DNA of 64,000 nucleotides. It comes from Takakia lepidozioides. Its lineage: Eukaryota > Plantae > Bryophyta. The stretch lies in contig CM060734.1 in NCBI GenBank assembly GCA_030704615.1, forward strand, positions 33,294,001 to 33,358,000, read 5' to 3'. The position numbers were made by a program, and so were the translations under genes. Positions 53,401-64,000 of the stretch are shown here, piece after piece. The first letter of the stretch is position 1. Every line of letters begins with the position of its first letter. The notes beneath the pieces are model-generated. The model worked only from the letters and a program-made list of their open reading frames with translations, made no database searches and was not told the DNA's origin.

Positions 53401-53900
53401 GAAGAGGATGAAATCCTAGAATCTTACTGTGGCTCGAGGTGTGAGACCAAGAATATCCTTGAATCCGTTCAAGGATATTGAGAAAGGGTTTTTTGTGCTC
53501 GTTCGCCCTCATGACCCAAGTACGTGCCCGGTCTGGATGGGGGTGGCAATATCTGACGTGATCCGTGAAAGGGAGGATCCTAATTTTAAGAAGGTGAAGG
53601 TGGAGTGGTGGAGACCGAGGAAAGGTGGTAACCCAACAGACTTGGAAAGGTACAGGGACTGTTGGTCAAAACTTTGGGAGTATAACTCGTCAGATCCTCC
53701 TCAATGGATCCATGTGAACAATGTTGTGTGGACAATGCCTTAAAAAAAAATCCGACAAGGAGTAGCACTAAGAGAATTACTGTCGCCGAAGCAGTGAAGG
53801 CGCGCGCTAATTTGGAGGAGGCTAATCGTCAGTCAGAAAGCGAGTTCCAGACCAAGGACATATTGTTGAGGTCAACTCCAATACTTCGATTTAAGAAATA
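50455..53900 (+). pseudogene. Sola1/DUF7869-like DDD transposase, copy 2 (near full length, one intron ~51755-51913)
   Basis: N-terminal domain resembles the Tnp1/En/Spm-type module (VATG...CHGHQL...LPYG...AIGTLVVWN). It is followed by Cys clusters (KPCCRLHCC, DVCETAW, FAKCTEC), the catalytic-type motifs IIHDKMD, LQMDNSAKDNKN and FLMVGHTHEDIDGFFS, and a C-terminal beta-rich domain (FVLVRP...PVWMGVA...KVKVEWWRP). Stops at 51541 and ~51725, plus frameshifts. Confidence 0.85.
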
Positions 53901-54619
53901 CATTTTTTCTTCTCTATATTGCCTTTCTTGTTTGCGTTGGGGGATCCTTTTTGTTATCTTCTTATGTCGCACTGAACCTCGAATGTCCAGTGGATATTCT
54001 CGTCCTTTATTTCTGGTGTGCTGGATTTAGGCCTGCTGTATGTTCTGGTCAACAAGAAAACCTTGTGGGGGAGTTTCGCCTACATAACATATAGATCACA
54101 AGAACAAAAATGGTGGCACAACCACTGGAGTCTTCAAATTCGGTCAAAGAGGTTTTTAACAACGAAAAAAAATAGCCCATTTCCAGTCCTTCTCTCAAAG
54201 ATTGAACTTGCTTTTCGCATAACCAATTCTCCCACTGAAGTCTCCCACTAAGAGGAGCCTTACCCAATCGTTGTTGACATACTTTTCAATTTGTCAGTCC
54301 TGAAGTTTTTCTCTGAGGTTTTCCTCCATTTTCCCTCTAAGCTCTACGACTTTTCTGCACCAAATTTTCATTTCATTTCATTTTCATACTTCTCATCTTT
54401 GGCCCTGGTTTAAGAGGGAATTTCACATGTCATTTTCCGTTGTTCAAATTTTAAACAATTTTCATTTCTCTTAGTTTTTATTTGGTGGTCTTTCTTTTTA
54501 TCCTCTCTCATGTTTTCTTCAGATCCATTTTCTCCCATGAGATCCAGGCGCTTCCCAAAGTCGTTATATAATGCCATTTTCTTTCCAAATCTCATAGGGT
54601 GTATTTTATTTATTTATTT

Positions 54620-56340
54620 TTGGCAATTTAGGATTTAGGATTGACATACATTTTTTATACCTTGCTTTTTATGTTAGCATTATCCCTAACCCTTACCCTT
54701 TTCTGCAAATGGTCCATGAACTATTCATACCATAACCATAGCCATAACCATAACCATTATGGTTATTGAAATGTCTTCTCCCTTCACATATGCGCTAGCT
54801 TTTTCTTTTGTTTTGGATTGACATGCATTTAGGCATTGTTACAATTTGCTTTTTATGTTACATCTTAATACCAGGTTCCAAAGACGAGTCTTTCATTTAA
54901 ATACTTGTCCATAATATTAGGTTTTTATTTTTATTTTGTTTACTAGTACCCTACTAACAACACTAAGTTCTAGCGATTGGAGTCTTCCATAAGTGTTTGT
55001 CAATTTTGTAACTTAAACAAAAACCCTAAACCCCTATCCTAAACCTTTACTATAAAACCTTAAACATTTACCCTTAACCCAATACCCCAGAACCCTTTCC
55101 TTTCCCTTTGCAAATGAGAATCAACTATCCATATCATAACCATAACCATTTTGGTTATCCAAATCTCTTCAATGTATCCAAATTTCCATTTTGTACCCTA
55201 CTAACACACACTAAGTTGTAGCGAGTGCGAGTCTTCTGACATGTATGCTCACAATTTCTACCTTCAACCCAAACCCTAAACCCTCGTCGAAAACCCTAAG
55301 CAAAACCTTACGCCATTGTTACGTCTAAACCCTTCTCCTTCCCCTGCAAATGGGAATGAAGTATCCATACCATAACCATAACTATTATGGTTATTCAAAT
55401 CTCTTCGCCCTTCACTTTGCGCAAGGTTTTGCCTTTGGTTTGGATTGACATGCACTTACCTTTTTTTTATCGAACTTTGCTTTCTATGTATCTCAGGTTC
55501 CAAGGACGAGTCTTTCATTTAAATACTTGTTCGATGCAATGACTACACTTCCATAATATTAGGTTCTTCATTTTTATTTTGCTTACTACCTTACTAACAA
55601 CACTAAGTTGTAGCAAGTGCGAGTCTTCCGACATGTATGCTCACCATTTCTGCCTTCAACCCAAACCCTAAACCCTCGTGGGGAACCCTAAACAAAACAC
55701 TACGCCATTGTTACGTCTAAACCCTTACCCTTCCTCTGCAAACCCCCTGCATGGGAATGAAGTATCTTTACCATAACCATATGTATCTTAATACCAGGTT
55801 CCAAGGACGAATCCTCAATCTAAATACTTCTCTGGCCCAATGACTCTTCCATAATATTTGTTTCTCCATTTTTATTTTTATTTTTTATCCTACTAATACA
55901 CACCAAGTTCTAGCGACTGTGAGTCTTCCATATTTGTTTGTCCATTTGTACCTTAAACCCAAACCGAAAACCCTACCTTTACCATCACCCCTAAACCATC
56001 AATCTTACCATAATCCAATAACTTTAGTGTACTACCCTAGTTACACTCCAAACCTTATTGTACTACCATGTTATCTATTTTCAATGTTTTATGCTTTTTT
56101 AATATATATTTTTGTTGGATAATGTATGATAAAATGATTACAGGGATATCAAATTCCTCAACCATTTCTTAATTCTACCGAGTGTGAGTCCATCATATTT
56201 GTTTGTCCTTTTGTACCCTAAATCCAAACCCTAAACCCTTACCTTTACTGTAAACCCAAACCTTATTACACTTCTTTTTAGTTACACCCCAAACCTTATT
56301 GTACCATCCTAGTACCTCTTCCGAATGTTTCATGCTATTC
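54620..56340. repeat. Complex degenerate tandem repeat with telomere-like AAACCCT motifs
   Basis: Recurring blocks CTACTAACAACACTAAGTT (~54951, 55198, 55592, 55890), CAGGTTCCAA.GACGA (~54872, 55494, 55795), CCATAACCATAACC and AAACCCTAAACCC. Confidence 0.8.
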
Positions 56341-56899
56341 TAATATTTTACTGCCCTTGTCACATCCAAAACATGATCCATTCCAATGGCGTGGTATGTG
56401 AATATTGTGCTTGATATGAAGATTCAATCAATAAAATTACTAGCAAGTTGTATCAAGTATGGTAGAATAGGAGTCTGGCCATGTTCGATGCGACCCATTT
56501 GTTTATCGTGATCCTGAAATGGAATATTACTTTATTTGATTTTCAAGTGGATGTTCAATGAATTGTTCAATACTGCTACTTCACATTGAGCACTTCAATG
56601 TCAAATGGACCTCTTATATGACACATGTTGAAACAAGTATGACATCACTTGTAATTTCACAAAGTTCAATCACACATTACACCATGATATTATTAATATT
56701 TCAATTAATTTTAATACAAATATATATTAAGTTTAGTTCGGATTTAAGCCAAAATCCAGAATTAATTAAAATAGTGTTACTATATTCATTCAGTAGTAGA
56801 TCAAGTTTGGGATGTGATTCTTTCACGCAATCCGTTTTGGAAAGTTCATGCGCGCTAACAGCAAAAAGCTAAAAGTTGCGCATCTCCTTCATGAATGTA

Positions 56900-57360
56900 T
56901 AATCTTTTCATCTACAGGGCTGATAAGACTGGGACATTAGGAAGGGTCCTGGTACTTTTCAGGTTGAATGTCTCTCCGGTTGGCAAAATTCCACTAATTG
57001 TCGAGCTTGCAGGCTACCACCACATCCACCGGATCCAACCACTGCATGTCGATGATGCAATCGTACCAAACTCCAACCTCAACCTCGAAATCAGGCGTCG
57101 TGTGTACACCTTGCAAGATCATAGGTATGTTTGACAGATGCCTGTGCGTAGACTCCACACCACCATTGGGTAGCAGAATGTGGAAAGGCTGCATGTCCTC
57201 TTGAACTAAGTTCATGTTGTTAGCAAAATTCTTGGACAGCAAATTGTGGGATGCTTCGAGTGTCTATTAATATCTGGTTGGCAGATCTAGCCACACTGCC
57301 ATAAACCCAAATAACACTAGGTTTATAGGCCACGTGATCCTCAACAACAGCCATTGAAAC
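56900..57360 (-). pseudogene. Ty3/gypsy-type aspartic protease remnant
   Basis: VYGSVA...ILIDTR(A)SHNLLSKNFA...FHILLPNG...YDCIIDMQWL resembles retropepsin LIDxGAxHNF...YDxIxGMxWL, with a frameshift. Confidence 0.6.
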
Positions 57361-59248
57361 TCGGAAATGAGCCAGTGTTTTTTTTTTCATATTTCCAAAA
57401 TCGCTGGCGGGGCCACATGTGAATTCCACCTAGTGCCCATGTGGCGAGAATACTGAGGTGACAAAGTTAGAAAAATGGCTATACTCGAGGTGTCGTGTTT
57501 TCATTGGTCCACGTCGGCAAGATAAGGCTATTGAAATTTATCTCCGGGTGTTTTTTTGGCGAAAATCTCGGATTTTACCCCCCATAATTCTTTTGTACAA
57601 GTAGCTGACCGAGTTTCCAGGTCGAAATCTGGCGATTTTTCGCAGGAAAGAAAAACACGATATGAGCTCCTTTTCCATGACTTCTTCGTCAACTACTTCA
57701 GTTATGGTCAGGGGAGGGGTCCTGTTGTTTTCTGAACCGTCACTGCGGCTGTATGCCAAAGCTGACCTTTGGGACACTCCCTAGAACTGTGACCCCACTC
57801 ATGACAGGTAAAGCACAATCCTTTGCGCTTATGCTTTTCCTGTTCTTTGGCACTGAGCCATTTCAGGGGTTTCTAGTTTCTACATGCGATAGCCTTCGAA
57901 TATGGCCATCGCATATTTGAGCCATCCCGCCTCTAAACATTTTCCAGTCTTGGTCGTCACAAGGGTGCGTACTCACCGAACTGAATGAAACTCGACTCAT
58001 TCACAAAGTTTCTTTATAGTTCCACGATCAGTAATCACCGATCGGTGATATGCTCTGATATCACTTATCACGATACTCACTAGCTTTCAATCGTAACATA
58101 AGTCCAATCTAAACCGTGACAGGAGCCCAACTCAGTTTGATCTCATTCCAATTCAAAGCTCGTTCGTTTGATTTACAAGGGTTAACTTTGTACAAAAGAG
58201 ATGCTCATAGTTCTGGTTCCTGATAGCAAGAAAAACTAGCAACTATCTCTACTTCGACTAATTCTAACTGCACAGTACCGAGGAACACTTCCGGTCCACC
58301 CAAGCCACCACACCGTGCCTTACTCTCTGTACATTATTTCCTCAATTCCAGAATTGCCCAAAGATCTACAGCACAGTCTTCTTCGCCATCGTCCCTAGTT
58401 CTCATTTCCACATCTGGAATCCCTAGCTTTTTGAGACTTACGAGCTTGCCCGATTTATCACCCACAGCTGTCCGTTAGTTAGTTGCCGAAATTTTAGCTG
58501 TTGTCTTCTGCGTTTGAGAACTGGTTCACAGTTCCAGTTCTAGTTCCAGTCCGAGGTCGGTTGGCCCGTAGTACACCACAGCTGGGGTCCTTCACATGTC
58601 GACAATAATACATTACAATCTTGTACCAGTCCCTTCACACACATATCAAACTCAAAGAGAGTAGAAGTCGTTGGCGAGGGAGATAGACCGTGGATGTTCA
58701 GAATTGGAATTTTTGCCTGCAGAAGGCCAGAGGAAGAGATTTACTCAATAGAACCAAGACCCCTCCCCAGGAGGAAGAAAACAACCAAGCGGCAGGAAAT
58801 GCCCACTTTAACCAAGCCCCACATCCTCAAAAGAGATTCCTGAGAGGCCCAACAAACAATGAACTCTTGCTCACCTAGGAGTTTGCCAGGTGAAGAGGAT
58901 TTCGTAGTCCAGAAGACAAGCTTTGAAGTCGACATTCAAATACGTAGTGCGACAATCGTTCACACAAAGGAAGAGGAGGATGTCCATGATCAATATAATT
59001 ACTCTTAAACTGACATCCCTGCTGATTTCTGACTGGCAGTAAGCTAATCTAAATATGAGATCTCACCCAACAGCGGAGGGGAGCTGCAAAACCTTTATCC
59101 TCGATCGATCTAGAAAAGAAGTTCCATTTCCAATTGCTTCGACAGTAATGTAAAGTCGAACTGTGACGAAATCTTTCATTTGTGGGCAGAATATATAAAC
59201 CCAAATCCTATTTTACATGGCAGCCGAATGAATGTAATGTACAATATA

Positions 59249-62200
59249 TCAGCGGTCGGGGCCAAGATCAGCAATTTCTTTCAGTGTTGCTACAACGTGC
59301 AGCATATTTGGGCGCTGAGAGGGTTGGTCTTCAAGACATGCGCATGCAATTTGGAGGTACCCGAGAATCTCATCATCATATCCCATGCCTCTTAGATCAC
59401 GGTCGACAACATCTTGAGCCATGTGTTCACGAATCTTGAGTTTCGTCCATCCCACAAGATTGCTATCTCCAAACTCCTCCTTATCGGTAGGGCGTCGCCC
59501 ACTGATCAACTCCAGTAAAACTACGCCGTAGCTGTATACATCTCCTTGTCTTGTGCAGCGGAAGCTCTGGTAATATTCCGGTGGCACATATCCAGGAGTC
59601 CCCGCCAAGGTGCTCACGCTCAAATGGGTGTCCTCCGCACTCATCAGTCTGGCCATTCCAAAATCAGACACCCGAGCCTCTAGGTTCTTATCCAAGAGTA
59701 CATTGCTAGACTTGAAATCACGGTGAATTATGTGGGGTACGCAGCTATGATGTAAGAATGCCAGCCCCCTAGCTGCTCCAATAGCGATCTGTTTTCTTAG
59801 TTTCCACGTCAAGCTCATATGACCACCCAAACCTTTTTCTGGCATTGACCTATCTCTATGTAACATCTTTTCGAGGCTCCCGCAAGGCATGTACTCATAA
59901 ACAAGCAATCTCTCTTCCTTCACGTTGCAGTATCCAAGCAATGCCACTAAATTATCGTGCTCGACCCTGCCTAACGTTTCCATCTCCGACGTAAACTCCC
60001 GCTCCCCTTCGTAAGTAAGGTAGACGAGTTTTTTGACAGCAACCACCGAGCCATCTCTGAGATGAGCTCTATAGACCTCTCCAAACCCCCCCACCCCCAC
60101 AATGCATTCGGAACTGAAGTTGTTAGTGGCTTGGAGCAGATGACCAAAAGTCAGCTTCTTCAAGGGGCCGGCAGCTTCAAATGACGCCACATTGATGCGT
60201 AAATCGTCATCCTTCCATGCTCCTAGTGAACTGCTATCTGCAGATTCTGTCTCCTCCAGCCGAGACCCGTGGCTATGCCGAGCCTTGATGCTTCGCACCA
60301 CTCCCAACAAAAGCATAAGCACCACCAATGCAATCCCAGAAAGCAGCAGAGCTAAGTAGTTTTGATTAAGAATGCGTACAGCCCTGCCTTTGTGCTGATT
60401 TCTCGAGGTGGCGGCAGCAGGGCTATCTGACTGATTGTGTACTCCTTTACATGAAGTTGGCAAAGGCTGCCCGCAAAGTCCTGGATTGTTCGCATAGACC
60501 GAAGCAGGTTGTGCAGTGAGCTGGCCCCCTTGCGGAATAGGACCTGACAGCTGGTTGCTAGAAAAGTTCAAAACCGCGAGTTGCGTTAGGTTTGTGAATG
60601 AATCGGGTATGGAGCCAACCAGAGAATTAGAAGATAAATCTAGAACTAGGAGGTCTGCGCAATTTCCGAGGTTTGACGGCATCGGCCCGCTCAGATTGTT
60701 GTGGGCCAAGTCTAGCACGTGAAGAGAATGCATATAATCTCCTATCCCCAGAGGTATGGAGCCCTGCAGATTGTTATAAGAAAGATCTATGTACGTTACA
60801 GTGGGCTCGTCGTGCCAATCGACATTCTCCCCGTAGTACAAACGTGTGCGCCGACAAGAGCCAAGTCGGGGCATATCCTTGATCCGTATCCCAGCCAAGT
60901 CGACAAGCCCTCCGAGTCCGGCACATGAAGGGTCTATGTTGCCCACAAATGCCACCAAGACTCCCATCAAGGTCCCATTGACTACACCACCGTTTCGGCC
61001 AAGTCGAGTCGGAATTTGTCCAGTTAAGTGATTGAAGTAAAGGTCCAGCCAGAACAGGTTACTGCAATTACTGATCTCTAGCGGGATACTTCCACTGAGA
61101 GAGTTGTCTCCAAGCTGAAGAACTCCCAGTCTTTTTAGCGTAAAGATCTCAGGAGGTATTGTTCCCGTCAGAGCGTTACTGGCCACAGAGAGCCACTCCA
61201 GAAGAGTACAATTTGAAAGCTGGGGAGGAATACCACCTGCATTGCGCTACAATGAAATAACAACTTAGGAATTACTGAGGAAATTGAGGGTCTTCACTCA
61301 CAACCTCCCAACAAATAACTATGACGACGCTGCCTCTGTGATCCTAGAGAGCTAGCTTCAGCTTTAGTTAACCAAATAACCAAAAGTTGCAAGATCTCCA
61401 GACCCCGTTGACAAGTTTTCGTTTTGATCATCCTCAGGACTCGAGGAAGGAGTCCGCGCAGCCACGGGTGCTGCGGTCACTCCCAACCCAGTATAAATGC
61501 TGGCATTCAACGAAAAACTGAGGCAAAAGGACAAGTTAAGAAGGATCCGTAAAAGGGAGCTCCAGTGCAGTGATGAGTGCACTGCATATGCAGCTGTGCA
61601 GTAGTTTGATCAGTTCTACACTAGCGGCATGTGCCCAACTGGGAACTATAAACTTGTATGTTCCCATTAAGGGCCGTACCACACTAGCGGCAAGAGGGCA
61701 AGCTGCACTCATTTCTTCCCCTCAATTTTGGACCCTCCTACTGGTTTAAGGGAGGGCAGTGTGCCTACCCTGTCTGCTCCTTGCCAGTCGTCAGTTGACT
61801 GAGTCAATTCCGAGTATTTCTCTTTGACAACACTGAATTAAGTAAATTTCTAGTTAGGGATGTCTAAACGAGATAATGTAGAAATTCGTATAGTCAGGAG
61901 CATGTATACGCAAACCGATGGGTAAAATACTTGTAGACATCGTAATTGTTGACAGCAAGCAGGTGTGGTATATATGGTACACACCCGGGGTGCAGCAGGG
62001 TCGTACCTCTGAGGTGATTGTTGTTGAGAATGAGGTGCTTGAGCTTCGGAAGCCCACCAAGATTGGCAGGAATGGTGCCTTCCACATGATTGAACCACAA
62101 CATCAAGCTCTCCAAGTTGGCTAGATTCCCGAGCTCTGGTGGAATTGTTCCGGTAATATAATTGAAGCTGAGATCCAGCGTTATAAGCTGTGTACAGTTG

Positions 62201-63711
62201 GAGAGCTGAGGAGGAATCATGCCAGAAAAATTATTGTCTGGAAGGAGTAGACTCTGCAGTTTCGAAGAAACCGGGCAAAGTCCAACAGGTATGTCCCCAT
62301 AAAAAAGGTTTGAACTCAGGTCGAGAAACCTCAGATTTGAGCAATTGGAGACAGCTAAAGGGAAAGGCCCTTCAAAGGAATTATTGCCCAAGATCAACAC
62401 CTCTAAAGCTTGCAGTTTTCCAACGTCATCCGGAATTTCTCCTCCTAGCAGATTGCTACTCAGATCTAGAACCTGTAGTGAGAGACAGTGTACCAACGAG
62501 GGTGGAAAGTTACCAGTGAGGTTGTTCATTGAGAGGTCAAGCTCCTGGAGACCATATGGAAGCTGGGGTATACTCTCACCAGTTAGGCTGTTGTGTGATA
62601 CTTTCAGGAAAGTGAGACCACTGCAATTTCCAAGCGTCGAAGGGACAGGACCCGTCAAATTGTTGAACGAAATGTCCACTGACAACAAAACTGGGCTACA
62701 ATATCCACTGACTGGAAGGGGACCTGTGAGCTGGTTCAAGGACAGATTTAAAGCCCTTAATTGACCTGTAGGTGTGGGACACAATTTCTGCTCTGCATCG
62801 CTACAGTTTCCTGTAAACAGATCCGATGGAATGGAACCGGTCAGATTATTCGAAGCAAGTGCCAGCTGAGTGAGTTCGGAACATACTCCAAAACCTTTGG
62901 GAATGCTACCTGAGAAGTTGTTGACTGAAAGATCCATATATTCCAAGCTGCTGCAATTCGAAACAAGATCCGCTATGAGGCCCGAGCCCCAAATGTTATT
63001 GTGGGATAGATCTAGCGTTTGAATGGCCAAAGCCCCATTTCCTCCAAAGACGCCCTTAGGAATTTCATCTTGTAAAATGTTGCCTGAAAGATTCAAAAAC
63101 TGAATGCCCCAGCATCCACCAAACACATCCCCGGGAATAGATCCTTTTAAAGAATTTGAGGACAGATCCAAATGCTTCAAGCTGCAGTTACCTCTACTGC
63201 TCAGTCTTAGAGTAGAGAGATTCCCAGAAAACTTATTTCCAGCCAAGGAGAGAGATTGGAGCATGTCCAGGCCACCAAGCTCCGAAATTGAGACTGTATC
63301 CCCAACCAGTCCTGTCCAACTGAGATCAACCGTAGTTACCCGTGATGATGTGCAATTCACCCCATCCCATGTGCATGGATCTGTTGACTGATGCCCTCCA
63401 GAGCTATTGCTGCCCCATCCACTGAGATAGTTTGAAGGGTCTCGTTGCAAATTCCCCTTGAATTGAAGTAGGGCTGTGGCGTCATTAATACCCTCCGAGC
63501 CTGGTAGAGAGATGCCTTCAACCACACTAGCTTGTAAGCCAGTAGCTATGAGAAGAAAAAACATTAGTGCATACATGGAGCTTTCAAGTTGAATAGATTC
63601 GAACGATCCTCCTTGACCGTCCATGAAAGTATACCTCTGAACTTCAATGATAACTTTGGATCTCAGGGACATAGCTAGTCGGGAGATGAAGCCTGCAAGA
63701 AACAGTGCCAT
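59249..63711 (-). CDS. BRL2: BRI1/BRL-family (BRL2-like) LRR receptor-like kinase with island domain; 2 exons
   Basis: Exon 1 runs from 63711 (or the more signal-peptide-like ATG at 63576, MYALMFFLL...) to 62007. A GT-AG intron spans 62006-61237 and exon 2 runs 61236-59249; the junction reads [15 protein letters not shown]. About 1185 aa from 63576. Domains: LRRNT ([10 protein letters not shown]), many LRRs, island domain, TM, and a kinase with [47 protein letters not shown] and [17 protein letters not shown]. The symbol is a nearest-family label, not proven orthology. Confidence 0.93.
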
Positions 63712-64000
63712 ATTATTGAGTCTAATTCTACTATCATTCTCTAGGAGAAGCCCTGGACCAGAACCAGGACAGAACTGTGAAGATTACAAGCTCTAGATCA
63801 TGTACAACCTCCAAGCTGATGCTGGAGTTACATCGGGCACGGGCATTGTCTTCTCACAGATCAATCCGTATTTAGGCCATAAATCTATAAATCTATAAAT
63901 CTGTAAATTGAAGATGCAAGCCAAGAAGACTCGGGAGAGATCTTCGATCGAGGCACTAAGGAAGAGACAGCCAACTAACAACCGAATGGAAAACAAGACT

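Noticed and set aside
56800-57800. Right terminus of the outer MULE
   Set aside because: No GCTCACG-rich inverted end or GGGAGTCGG TSD was found here or elsewhere downstream.
61894-62006. C-terminal tail of the 605-aa ORF as a separate receptor-like protein
   Set aside because: It is read-through into the intron; splicing joins both ORFs into one LRR-RLK.

Overview
Eukaryotic plant DNA with GT-AG introns, PLS-class PPR fragments and a plant LRR receptor kinase. The transposon repertoire suggests a seed-free plant such as a moss (inference). There are two apparently intact host genes, both on the minus strand: a 9-exon ERLIN/SPFH gene (9347-14720) and a 2-exon BRI1/BRL-family LRR-RLK with a BRL2-like island domain (59249-63711). 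Between them lies a transposon cluster: pogo-like and piggyBac-like remnants, shuffled PPR and other gene fragments, an L1 LINE split by a non-autonomous CACTA element (25425-30261, TSD CAA), and a three-deep nest of unusual DNA transposons. The main find is an 11,294-bp Mutator-like element (37390-48683) with a perfect 9-bp TSD (TCAAACATT) and imperfect TIRs. It encodes a GCM-domain/MULE-DDE/SWIM transposase and, head-to-head, a 9-exon cargo gene fusing a ParB/Srx-like domain to a beta-class N4C/N6A DNA-methyltransferase-like domain. The introns of this cargo gene hold about 11 copies of a 22-bp palindrome (TGAATGTCGTTGACGACATTCA). This element sits inside the transposase gene of a sister element. 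The sister is paired head-to-head with a Sola1/DUF7869-like DDD transposase gene, carries a different non-coding palindrome, and is itself inserted into another copy of that Sola-like gene. All TE genes here carry some disabling lesions.
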